The notes under the pieces were generated by a model. The model was not told where the DNA came from. It made no database searches and saw only the letters and a list, made by a program, of their open reading frames with translations. The position numbers and the translations under genes are program-made. A stretch of DNA of 61,024 nucleotides, the filler included, from an uncultured bacterium (lineage in GTDB: Bacteria > CAYJOG01), in the NCBI GenBank assembly GCA_964371695.1. It is 5 parts of 5 records of this genome, joined end to end, with 100 filler letters (N's around TTAATTAATTAA, not from the genome) between each part and the next. Parts side by side here need not be neighbours in the genome. Positions count along the whole stretch, not along the records: positions 12,550 to 24,716 come from CAYJOG010000038.1; positions 24,817 to 36,882 come from CAYJOG010000039.1; 3 more parts are not named here. One strand, given 5' to 3'. This document shows positions 19,181 through 29,600 of this stretch, piece by piece (the first letter of the stretch is position 1; each line of letters opens with the position of its first letter).

Positions 19181-20368
19181 ATGAGAAAACCGTGGTTGCT
19201 GTTCGTGGCCCTGCTGTCGTCTGCGCCGGTGCAGGCCAAGACCATTCGTGTGCTGCTGCATGACGACAAGCCCCAGCTCACCTTCCGGTGCCAGGGCGCG
19301 CTGAAGTTCAAGGACGCCCAGGGCCAGTTGCTGAACCTGCCGGGCCTGGGGCGTTTCGCCACCGTGGGCCTGACCGGGGGCGAACTGAAACTGGGGGCGC
19401 GGCCGCTGCCGCCCACGGTGTTTGCCGCGTGTGCGGAAAACCGCATTGAGGTGGCCGGTGTGCCCTGGCGGGGGCGCGTGGCGCTGCTGGCCCAGGGCGA
19501 AAAACTGGTGGCCGTGAATCATGTGGACCTGGAGGACTATCTGCTGAGCGTGGTGCCCAGTGAAATGCCCTATCAGTGGCCCATGGAGGCTCTCAAGGCC
19601 CAGGCCGTGGCGGCCCGCAGTTATGTGCTCAACAGCCTGGGGCAGTTCCCTGGGTTTCCCTATGACGTGACCCGTGGCCAGGAAGATCAGGTGTATCTGG
19701 GCGTGGGGCAGGAAAAACCCCACACCTCTCAGGCGGTGTTGGCCACGCGGGGCAAGGTCATGTGGTTCGGTGGCAAAATCATCCGGGCGTTTTTTCATTC
19801 CACCAGCGGCGGCGTCACCGGCGAGAGCATCGGCATCTGGCACGAGAACCTGCCCTATACCCGGCCCGTGGCCTCGCCGGGTGAACAGAGCAAATACAAC
19901 GAGTGGTCTTTTGCGGTGTCGCACCAGGAACTGGAAAACGCCCTGCTCAATATGGGCATGACGGTGCGGGGTGTGCGCGCCCTGCTGCCCCACACGCAAG
20001 ACGCCGGGGGCCGTCACCTCACTTTTCAGGTGGTGGATCAGTACGGCGCGAAAACCCTCACCGCTTTTGACCTGCGCCGGGCGCTGGGGCGCTCGCGCAT
20101 GAAAAGTACCCTGTTCAACATGGACCTGGTGGGCCGCGAGGGCAAAAAGGTGTCGCTGAAAGACCTGACGGGTTATCTGCACGGCCAGACCCAGCTTGAG
20201 GACGTGAAGACCTATGTGTTCCATGGCCGGGGCTGGGGCCACGGCGTGGGCATGAGCCAATACGGCGCGCTGGCGCTGTCGCAAAAAGGCCGGGGGTATC
20301 AGCAGATTCTGCACCACTACTACACCGGCGTGAACCTGGTGGACCTGAAGACGCTGGGCATGGAATAG
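19181..20368 (+). CDS. SpoIID/LytB-domain lytic transglycosylase
   Basis: VNHVDLEDYLLSVVPSEMP..EALKAQAVAARSY..QVY..GRGWGHGVGMSQYGA, signal peptide. Confidence 0.93.
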   Translation: MRKPWLLFVALLSSAPVQAKTIRVLLHDDKPQLTFRCQGALKFKDAQGQLLNLPGLGRFATVGLTGGELKLGARPLPPTVFAACAENRIEVAGVPWRGRVALLAQGEKLVAVNHVDLEDYLLSVVPSEMPYQWPMEALKAQAVAARSYVLNSLGQFPGFPYDVTRGQEDQVYLGVGQEKPHTSQAVLATRGKVMWFGGKIIRAFFHSTSGGVTGESIGIWHENLPYTRPVASPGEQSKYNEWSFAVSHQELENALLNMGMTVRGVRALLPHTQDAGGRHLTFQVVDQYGAKTLTAFDLRRALGRSRMKSTLFNMDLVGREGKKVSLKDLTGYLHGQTQLEDVKTYVFHGRGWGHGVGMSQYGALALSQKGRGYQQILHHYYTGVNLVDLKTLGME

Positions 20369-20415
20369 GCCGAGGCGTGGGTATGGCGTTCGGGTTGTCT
20401 CAAATGCCCCATTGT

Positions 20416-20463
20416 CCCCTCTCCCCTTTATGGGGAGAGGGTGGCCGAAGGCCGGGTGAGGGG
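20416..20463 (+). repeat. CCCTCTCCC..GGGAGAGGG..GGGTGAGGGG palindromic repeat
   Basis: Related copies near 18133, 36983, 43291, 45606 and 48358-48720. Confidence 0.75.
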
Positions 20464-20469
20464 TTCAAT

Positions 20470-21252
20470 ATGCGGCTTTTTTTCCAGGCTGGGTTCAAGC
20501 TAATCCTCACTGTGCTGGTATTGGCGTTTCTCACCCCGCAACAAATTCAGGCCCAGGGCTCGGTTTATCTGCGGCTCGCCCATCAGGCCAAACCCGTGGC
20601 AGAAAAAAACGCCGGGTTGATGAAACCCATCGCCAGCCTCACCAAGCTCATGCTGGCCCTGGTGGTGATGGAGAAGCTGCCCGATGGCGCAAGCTGGCGC
20701 GCTCCCGCGCCCTTTCCCAAAACCCCCGGTAGTCAGGCGGGTGTGGCGGGCGGCAACACCTATCGCCGTCAGGAACTGCTGGCGGGCCTGCTGGTGGCCA
20801 GCGGCAACGACGCCGCCGAGGCCCTGCGCCTGTGGCTCAAACAACAGGGGGTAGACGCCGTGGCCGCCATGAACCAGAAAGCCCGCACCCTTGGCCTGCG
20901 ACAGCCGGTGTATGGCGACGTGATGGGTTTTGGCTGCCCCCGCTGCGGCAGCACACCCGCCGAGCAATGGGTGGTGTTGCGGGAGGTCTGGAAAAATCCC
21001 CTCCTGCGGCGTTTGCTGCAACACCGGGGACTTCTGAACCTGCGGCTGAAAAATGGCCAGACACTGGCGCTGAGGGGGCGGTTGCGGATGGTGGCGTTGC
21101 CCGCCAGTTTTTTTGGGGGCAAAACCGGCTACACCGTGGCGGCGGGCATTTGTCTGGCGGGTGTGGTGAAAACCCCCCAGGGTGAGCGCCTGGGCGTGGT
21201 GATGGGGGCCTCATCTCTGGAGCAAGCCGTGGGCTTGCTGAGCGGGCCGTGA
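20470..21252 (+). CDS. D-alanyl-D-alanine carboxypeptidase (peptidase S11)
   Basis: ASLTK (SxxK), SGN (SxN), GKTGYT. Confidence 0.85.
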   Translation: MRLFFQAGFKLILTVLVLAFLTPQQIQAQGSVYLRLAHQAKPVAEKNAGLMKPIASLTKLMLALVVMEKLPDGASWRAPAPFPKTPGSQAGVAGGNTYRRQELLAGLLVASGNDAAEALRLWLKQQGVDAVAAMNQKARTLGLRQPVYGDVMGFGCPRCGSTPAEQWVVLREVWKNPLLRRLLQHRGLLNLRLKNGQTLALRGRLRMVALPASFFGGKTGYTVAAGICLAGVVKTPQGERLGVVMGASSLEQAVGLLSGP

Positions 21253-21276
21253 GCCTCTTGAGCAGGCCGTGAGTTT

Positions 21277-22467
21277 TTACTGCCCCGACTGAAGGTAATC
21301 CATGAAGTTGGTGAGTGTGACGCGGGCGGCTTCCTGCTCGGCTTCTTTCTTGCTGCGGCCAAGCCCCAGCCCCAGCTTGCGGCCCTTGTGCATCACCTGC
21401 ACGGAATACATCCGGTCGTGTTCCGGGCCTTCGATGCGGTTGACATGATAAACCGGGCTGGATTTGAGCCGCTTCTGCAAAATGTCCTGCAACTTGCTTT
21501 TGGGGTCTGAGGCAATTTCGCTGGTGGTGATTTCCCTGGGAATCCGCGGGCCGATCAGGCGGTCCAGCAGTTTGTCCGCCGCGTGAGAGCCGCCGTCCAG
21601 ATACACCGCGCCAATCAGCGCCTCGGTGGCCGCGGCCAGGATGCTGGATTTGGTCATGCCGCCGGTGAGCATTTCAGATCGCCCCAGCACCAGAAATCTT
21701 CCCAGGCCCAGTTCGGTGGCCACCACGCTCAGTTCGGCGTCCTGCTCGATGCTGCTTTTGATGCGGGTGATGGGGCCTTCGGCAAATTCCGGAAAACGCA
21801 AAAACAATGTGCGGGCCAGATAAAGCGACAACACGCTGTCGCCCAGAAACTCCAGTCGCTGATAATGCTCCAGGCCGCCTTCGGGGTGGTCTCCCACAAA
21901 ACTGGGGTGGGTGAGCGCCGCCACCAGCAGGGATTTGTCGTGAAACGTCAGCCCCAGGCGTTTTTCGAGATATTCGATCTGGTGGCGGTCGTAGACTTCT
22001 TTGAGAAAGGTTTGCTGCTTTTTGTTGAGCGCCTTGCCCGCAAAAGGGGATTCGGGCGAGGACATGTCGGGCCAGTGCGCAGACCTGCCGTGGGCCTGCG
22101 GATGGGCTGGCCGGTGAGGCGGCGGGGCCGGTGCGGGGGCTGGTGGTGCGGGCTTTTTTTCGCTGGGGCGGTGGCGGTGTTCCTGCTTTTTGACAGGTTG
22201 GGCCGGGGGTGGCGTACTGGGTGGGGGGGCCGCCGGTGTGGCGGGGGTGGCCGGTGGTTTGGGTTTGCTGGTGCGCCTGCGCCGAGAGGCGCCGGTCGCG
22301 CCCGTGGCCTGTGCCGGGGCGGGGGATGACGCGGGTTTGGGTTTTGGTGTCGCAGATGAAGCACCACCCGAAACGCTGGCAGTTTTGGCAGGCTGGGGTT
22401 TTTCCTGCTGCCTCACCGGAGGTTTTCGGGGCCGTGAAGGCCGTTCGGGCGGGGGTTTTGGGTTCAA
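21277..22467 (-). CDS. rnc: Ribonuclease III, possibly with a long N-terminal low-complexity extension
   Basis: ALTHPS, QRLEFLGDSVL, EALIGAVYLD, dsRBD (DPKSKLQ..SKKEAEQEAA). TTG start overlapping the rpmF stop, or ATG near 22065. Confidence 0.92.
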   Translation of the reverse strand: MNPKPPPERPSRPRKPPVRQQEKPQPAKTASVSGGASSATPKPKPASSPAPAQATGATGASRRRRTSKPKPPATPATPAAPPPSTPPPAQPVKKQEHRHRPSEKKPAPPAPAPAPPPHRPAHPQAHGRSAHWPDMSSPESPFAGKALNKKQQTFLKEVYDRHQIEYLEKRLGLTFHDKSLLVAALTHPSFVGDHPEGGLEHYQRLEFLGDSVLSLYLARTLFLRFPEFAEGPITRIKSSIEQDAELSVVATELGLGRFLVLGRSEMLTGGMTKSSILAAATEALIGAVYLDGGSHAADKLLDRLIGPRIPREITTSEIASDPKSKLQDILQKRLKSSPVYHVNRIEGPEHDRMYSVQVMHKGRKLGLGLGRSKKEAEQEAARVTLTNFMDYLQSGQ

Positions 22468-22664
22468 GCTTCCTTCTGGCGGGTTTTGTTCACGGGATAG
22501 TGATTGCCCTTGTAGTGTCCGCAGGTGGGGCACACGTGGTGTGATTTGTGCGGGTTGTGGCACATGGGGCACTCCACCAGGGCGGGGGCCTTGGCGCTGC
22601 CCAGCCACACGGCCCGCTGTTTTCTCACACGCGAACGGGAACGACGATATTTAGGATTTGCCAT
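22464..22664 (-). CDS. rpmF: 50S ribosomal protein L32 (zinc-binding form)
   Basis: MANPKYRRSRSR..CPMC..HHVCPTCGHY. Confidence 0.95.
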   Translation of the reverse strand: MANPKYRRSRSRVRKQRAVWLGSAKAPALVECPMCHNPHKSHHVCPTCGHYKGNHYPVNKTRQKEA

Positions 22665-22699
22665 AAAACTCTCCCCCCCTTGATGAGCAAGGGAGCAGC

Positions 22700-22728
22700 A
22701 TTATGAACCTGCCGGGTGGGAGTGTCAA
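22700..22728 (-). promoter_or_regulatory. Sigma-70-type promoter for rpmF-rnc
   Basis: TTGACA-17 nt-CATAAT on the minus strand, about 35 nt upstream of rpmF. Confidence 0.6.
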
Positions 22729-22796
22729 TGGATACCCCGTGACATTCTCCTGATGCTCCATCACAATGGCCCCCGTTTGACCGAAAGGGGTTCACG

Positions 22797-23273
22797 ATGA
22801 AAAAAATGATTCTTTCAGCGGCAATGGCGCTGGGTGTGCTGGGGTTAACCAGTGGCGCGGCCCAGGCCAAGGTGGCTTTTCTGGACATCAAACGGGCCAT
22901 GGACGCCCACCCCGCCACGCCGGTGTCGCTCAAGACCCTGGCGGCCTTCAAAAAAGCGAATTATCAAAAGATGAGCCAGATGCTGAACGCCGAAATCAAA
23001 AAGCGTGTGGGCAAAAAGACGCCTTCGCAGGTGTCCGAAGCCCAGCGCAAGGAAATTCAGGCCCTGAGCGCTCAATACGAGGACAGGTTTGAAGACACCC
23101 TGAACAAAAAAGACCTGGAGCTCACAGCCCCCATTCTCAAGGACATTCGCGCCGCCGCCACGGCCATCATGAAGGCCAAGGGGTATGACGCCGTGCTGGA
23201 CCGCGACGCCGTGTTCATTGGCGGCGACGACATCACCGCCCAGGTGGTGGCCAGGGTGAAGGCGAAAAAATAG
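22797..23273 (+). CDS. skp: OmpH/Skp periplasmic chaperone
   Basis: Signal peptide, KVAFLD, coiled coil, KGYDAVLD..GGDDITAQV. Confidence 0.85.
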   Translation: MKKMILSAAMALGVLGLTSGAAQAKVAFLDIKRAMDAHPATPVSLKTLAAFKKANYQKMSQMLNAEIKKRVGKKTPSQVSEAQRKEIQALSAQYEDRFEDTLNKKDLELTAPILKDIRAAATAIMKAKGYDAVLDRDAVFIGGDDITAQVVARVKAKK

Positions 23274-23541
23274 GCCTTTTCTGGTTCAAACCCCGCTTTG
23301 GGGCCGGACAGTACTTTTTGCCATGAGAACAGACCTGGATATTGACGCCGCTGTGAAGTTTCTGGAGGGCCTCGCCACCGAACAACGCTCGGCTTTTTTG
23401 CGGGGAGAGCTGGATCAGGAATTGCTTTCCGTGCGACTGCAGGGTTTGGGGGCCATCATCCTGCGCCTCAGGCAGCATCAGCAGGCCGCAGTGGCCTGAA
23501 CAAGCCTGATATAATAAATGGTGGCTTAAACAGCCGCCGCC

Positions 23542-24716
23542 ATGGCCGTCCCATTTCCAATTCCGGCGCAGGAGCCGGAAACCGAGCTTTCGCCAGCCGT
23601 GTTGCTGGTGGAGGACTGCGACCTCACGGCCCGGCGCATCGCCGACCTGGTGAAACGCACGGGGTTTGACTGCGGTCTGCACCATGGCAAGTCGGTGGAA
23701 GACGCCCTGGACATGCTGCACCATCTGCCGCTTTTGGGTCAGCGGGTGGTGCTGGTGCTGCTGGACATAGAACTGGAAGGCGGCCAGGATGGCTTGGCGC
23801 TGTTGCGGGAACTGAAGGCCGACCCCGCCCACGCCGACACGCCGGTGGTGCTGCTCACCAGCACCATCAAACGCATTCACGAGGGCCTTGCCATGGGGGC
23901 CAAATATTTTCTCACCAAAGAATCCGTCGGGCAGATTCCCGATGGCGTGGTGGCCCAACTGGAGGTCATCCTGCGGGAGCAGGCCCACTCGCAGATATTG
24001 CGCGACGAAGCCCTGATTGACGCCAAAAGCGGCCTGGGCAACGACCGCAAGTTTGCCGACACGCTTTATAAAGAGTTCAGCATGGCCCGGCGGCTGGCCG
24101 AGCAGATGGGCCAGCCCGCGCCTCTTAGCCTGCTGCTCATGGACGCCGACCGCTTCAAGCAGATCAACGACACCAAGGGGCACCAGATCGGCGACCGGGT
24201 GATCCGCATCATCGGCGAGGTGCTCAAGGACTTCCGCCGTCGCGAACTGCGTGTGAACGACGTACCCTGCCGCGTGGGGGGAGACGAGTTCGCCCTGATT
24301 CTGCCCAACACCACGCAGGAGGGCGCGGTGGTGGTGGCGGCCCGCTGGTGGCGGCGGGTGGCACTTTTGAATCGCCGCTTGAAAGAAGTGATGCCCAACC
24401 CCGAAACGCTGGAAGACGCCGATGGCAACGTGCTCACCTTCAGCATGGGCGTGGCGTCGCTCTATCCGCCCCCCAGGTGCAAAGACGCTGAGCTGGAGCG
24501 CCTCTATCAGCGGGCTGATCAGGCCATGTACGCCGCCAAACACAAGGCCGGGGGCCACTGCGCGGCGATTTTCGACGCCGAAAAATCAGCTATGCAAGAG
24601 AGCATGCCGCTGTGGTTTGACGCGCAGCTCCGCAAAAAAAGCCACGCCCAGATGCCAATTCTAACCCAAGACGACAGGAATCCGCCGGAAGGGTTGATTG
24701 ACAGGAAACCAGGATG
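23542..24716 (+). CDS. Response regulator - diguanylate cyclase (3' end at contig break)
   Basis: REC domain (LLVED..LLD..TK), DADRFKQIND, RxxD, GGDEF. Confidence 0.9.
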
Positions 24717-24816
24717 NNNNNNNNNNNNNNNNNNNNNNNNNNNNNNNNNNNNNNNNNNNNTTAATTAATTAANNNNNNNNNNNNNNNNNNNNNNNNNNNN
24801 NNNNNNNNNNNNNNNN

Positions 24817-26681
24817 TGGGGGCCTGGACTTTTCGGGAACACCCGCTTTTCAGTGCGCCCCTGGTAGATGGGCGGTTTTACCTTGCCTGGGCAGACCGCA
24901 TGGCGTTGCATGGCCCCTTTGTGGACGCGCCTTTTACCATGAGTCCCCTGTTTGCGTGGTTCTGGTGGGGGCTGAAAAATCTTGGCCTGTCAGAAGGCTG
25001 GGGGCTGCGCGGGGTGTTGTCGGTCATCGGCGGCGTCAATATTGGCCTGCTGTGTTTTTTGTCTCAGGTGCTGGGCGGGAGGCGCGCTGGTTGGGTGATG
25101 GGGGTGTTGGGTGTGTTTTGTCTGCCGCTGATGATGGCGGATCTGAACCTGATGAAAACCGGTCTGGGTGTCATGCTTTATCTGGCGGCGCTGGTCACGT
25201 TGGTTCGTGGAATTTATTGCATTGCTCCCACGGACAGGACATTTGCCGGAATTTTTTTTCTGTCGGGATTTTTGTTCGGTCTCGCCGCTTTGGTGCGGGA
25301 GCCGCTGGTGCTGACTGGCTTGGCGCTTCTCGTTTTCGCGGCCTGGATGTTGCGGAAAAAATTCGCTCTGAGGATTTTGTTGTTGGGTGTTGCTGGTTTG
25401 TTCCTTCCCCTGTCGATCAACGCCTTTGGCCAATGGCGATGGGGCGTTTCGGCGTCTGGACAACAAGCCGGGAAAGGCAGAAGTTTTGTATTCCTCACCG
25501 CAGCCGGGGGTGAGGCGTTGTATCTGGGGCTGGGGCCGGAGTCCACGGGCACCTTTAACCTGCCCGGTTTTGCCCGGCCCGACCCGGCGGTGCAGCACAC
25601 CGATTTTCAGGCCGAAGCCCGGCGCCGCACCGGCTTAAAACTTTCAGCGTCCCAGGCCGATGATTTCTGGCGAAATCAGGCCATTGGGTTCGCAGTGGCG
25701 CACCCCCGGCGCACCTTCTGGCTCATGGTGAACAAATTGCGGTTGATCGTAAACCTGCGGGAGATTCCGAGCGATCTGAGCCTTCTGGCCTGGCGGCAGG
25801 AAGTCCCGTTTTTGAGAATTTTTCTGGTGTCCTGGTGGTTGTGGATTCCTTTGGGTGCAGGGGGGATGTTTGTTTTCTGGAAAACCAGTTTCCCGGCCCG
25901 GCTGCTGGCGCTGGCGGCGTTGCTGGGTGTTTTGGGTCTGTTGCCGTTTTTTGTATATGACCGGTTTCGGCTGCTGGCCCTGTTGCCGCTTTTGCCTCTG
26001 GCCGCAGCCTTTCTGGCCGATTTTCGGGCATGGCCCAAAAAACCCTGGGCGGTGCTGCTGATGGGCTGTTTTTTGTTCCTGACGTGGCTGGACCGTGAAA
26101 AAGTCCGGCTCGATCCCCAACCGGGATACGACCAGAAACTCCTGGCCGATACCGCTTTGCTGGCTGGTCAGAAAAAATTGGCGTGGCGACACTACCGCCT
26201 ACTTTCCACGCATCCCCTTTATGGCGCAGACGCTTTGCTGCAAATGGGGGGCATGGCCATGTCGGCGGGCCACCTGGGCGTTGCCGAAAAGTTTTTTGTC
26301 AAAGCCCTGGGCCGTGAACCAGACCACGCCGAGGCCACGGCCAATCTGGCCATGATCTATGCCCAGACAAAACGACGCGGCATGGCGCTGGTGTGGTTTC
26401 AGAAGGCCCTCGCGCTTTCTCCGCAAAACCCTGCGCTTTGGCGGGCTGTGGGCATCTTCATGCTCGAAGAAAAAAAATACGCCGCCGCCCGCGCCAGTTT
26501 TGATCGGGCCTTGGCCCTGCGGGGCGGGGGCGACGAAGACCTGTTGCGGAAGCTGATTTTTTCCGCCATCAAGGCCGGTGAAAAAGAAACCGCACGCCGT
26601 TACATAGACGCTCTGCGGCAGATAAGCCCGGAACAGGGAAGTCGCGCCATGGCCCAGTGGCAAAAAGCCTTCGGGCCATAA
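24817..26681 (+). CDS. Polytopic GT-C/PMT-like membrane protein with C-terminal TPRs (5' partial)
   Basis: Many TM segments, PF.MSPL, DRFR motif, TPR-like repeats (ALxxxPxxAxA..NL). Confidence 0.7.
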
Positions 26682-26693
26682 CGGCTTCCATCA

Positions 26694-29600
26694 TTACGCG
26701 CTTTTGGGTTGAATCATCTCGGCAATCACACTGCTGGTCTGGAACCCCGCCACCAGATTTTTGTAATGGCTGAGCTGGCGTTTGACAGAGCCGAGGGACA
26801 CCGTGAGGAGATTGCGCTCTCGCCGCACGTCTTCGGGCAGGTCCTGAATCATGCGGTGAACATCCTCGGCGGTGGCCAGGCTCTCCAGTTTTTTCTCGAA
26901 CACCTGATGCACCATGTCTTCCCAGGCCAGTCCCTTTTCGGCAAGTCGCGCATTCACCGCCTGGGCTTTTTGCAGTTTGGCCTGCACGTGTTCGTCGCTC
27001 ACCGGGCGCTCAAAGCTGCGGATTCCCGCCAGCTCCACGCCAAACTTGCTGGCCCATTGCCGGGTGAGGGTGATGTCTTTCATGTGCAGATAGGGACCGT
27101 GACTGAGGTGGCCGGTGTGCCCGGCCCAGCCCATCAGGGCGGTTTCAGACATGCAGGCATAAGCCAGCGGCGTGAATCCATAACCAAAGTTCCAGCCAAA
27201 AGATTCCAGGTTGGGCAGCTTCAGCACGCCGCCATCCATCACCAACACGTCTGGGCGCAGGTCCGCCACCCGCTTGCTCACGTCCTGGGGCCGGGCCACG
27301 TCCACCACCACACAACCGGGGCGCAGGTGATGCGGCTCAATGATGGTGCCCACGTCGGAACTGGCGCTGATGATGATGTCCTGCCCCGCCAGCACGTTGT
27401 AATTGATGGTGAAATCCACCCAGGGCTGATAGGCGGGGTTGGCCGCCCGGCGGGATTGCAGCAGACGGTGAATCTGCCGCCCGATTTCGGTGCGGGTTTT
27501 AAGATTGCGGTCTGACCCGTAGAGCATGCGCTTGATTTCTTCGTCTTCCCACAGCGCCAGGGCCAGGCCCTTCAGACCGCTGGCGTTGACTTTTTCAACG
27601 CCCCCTGCGGCTTCGGTGGCTTCATCCAGCAGCGCCACAGCGTCTTCATAAATCACAAAAGCCAGTTCTTCCATCTTGGGTTTCACTTCGCTGTCGAAAT
27701 CTTTTTTGGGATTTCCGATGAGCGTGAGATAGGGCACGTCCTGGGTGATCAGGCGAGCCGCCAGCCTGCCGATGTTGCCCGACGCCGCCACCACCGCCGC
27801 CCGTGCGGTGCGCAGGTCAATGTTCATTTTCACCGCGCCCACGGCAGCCCCCTGAATGCTGGTGGCGCAGGTGAAGCTGTTGCCGCTGGTGACCCCCAGG
27901 CCGTGGTTGCTCAAAAACAGGCACTGGTTGGACACAATGGAGGTATACGCGCCGCAGCCCAATATGGACGCGCCCCAGTTCTTGAGGGTTTCCAGCCCCG
28001 GCAGCAGCTTGGTTTTGGTGATTTTTTCCATGGCATAAAGCGCGCTGTCCCGTTGCAGATGCCCCACGGCGGCGGGGTCCACCGCGCCTTTTTCCAGTTG
28101 CAGGGCGGCGTATTCCTCGCCATAACTTTGCAGCTTGTCCATGAAGCCCTGGGCGGTTTCGGCCACCGACTGGAAGCGGTAAAGGATTTCCTCGCCGCTG
28201 TTGGCGGTGAGTTTGACCACGTTGATGGTGAAGGGGTCCAGCACCGCCTCAATGCGGTTCCAGAGGCGGTTGATTTCTGGCGCTTCGCGGGTTTCCGGGT
28301 TTTCGCGTGTGCTGAACTGGGCCAGTGCCGGGTCAAACTCGCCAAAATTGCGTGGGTCCAGGGGGTGGACAAAAAAGCCCACCTTGAGCAGGCCCTCTGT
28401 CTCTTCGGGCTGGGGAATGCGTTTGGAGGGGTCCAGAAAGTCTTTGGCGTCTTTGGGGTCCACGGTCACGGTTTTTTGCACCAGATGCCGGGAAAGCTCA
28501 TAAAGATTGTTTCGCCGCACCATGCCCAAAGCGCGGCGCAGCGACGCCACGGCATAGTGGATTTCTTCGTCAGTGACCGTGAGCGGCGCTTGCAGGCGCA
28601 GCACATGACTGTTGCTGAGGGTGGGGGCCACCCGCACACCGCAGGCGTTAAGCAGATAACTGGCCAACAGCGCCGTGAGGCCCCCCTGCGAGGCCAGTTC
28701 CCGCAAAATGCTTTCGTTGAACTCATAAAGCGTGCCCAGTTCGATGCCCAGCATCAGTCCCTCGCCGCGCACGTCGGTGATCAGCCCTGGGCCGTCATAG
28801 GTCTGGCCGTGTTTGGCATAGATGGCTTTCAGTTCTTCATCCAGTTCGGCTTTCAGTGCCAGCAGCAGCGACTTGAACATCTGGCCCTTGCGCTGAATTT
28901 CTTTCATGAAAAGACCGTCGTTTTCTTCATCCTGCAAAATGTCCAGCACACAATCCGCCAGGGCGCAGGCCCGGCTGCTGCCCGCAAAGGTGCTGGTGTG
29001 GATGATGCCGAAGTGGTCGTCCCAGGCGTCTTCATGCACCAACAGCGCGGCAGTGGGGAACTCCCCCGCGCCCAAAGCTTTGGCCAGTGTCATCATGTCC
29101 CAGGTCAGACCCTTGAAACGCTGATGGGCAAACAGATAACCCGTGCGGCCCAGCCCCGTCTGCACTTCGTCCAGAATGAACAACACGCCTTTTTGCTGGC
29201 ACAGTTTGCGCGCACCCAGGATGTAATCCTCTTGCAGGGGACGCACGCCGCCTTCGCCCTGAATCGGCTCCACAATCATGGCGGCCACCGTTTGTTTGGC
29301 CAGTTGGCGCAGGTCCTGTTCACTTTTTTCGAGGTTGAAAAAGTTGAAGGGCAGGGAGCCTTCTGCGGCGATGCGGGTGACTTCCTTGCGGGTGTCTTCG
29401 TTGTGAATGCTCGCGCCGCCCACGCCCCACAACACGTTGAGCACTTTTTTGGCCGCCACGCCCTGGTCGTGCAGCAGCAGTCGTTCCTTCAGTGCTTCCA
29501 GATCATTGGCGGGCAGATAATCGTGGCCCTCCACGGGGCTGTAACCCGCCACCTGAAACTTGGGCTGGCCCGTGGCCGACAGCGAACTGAGGGTTTTGCC

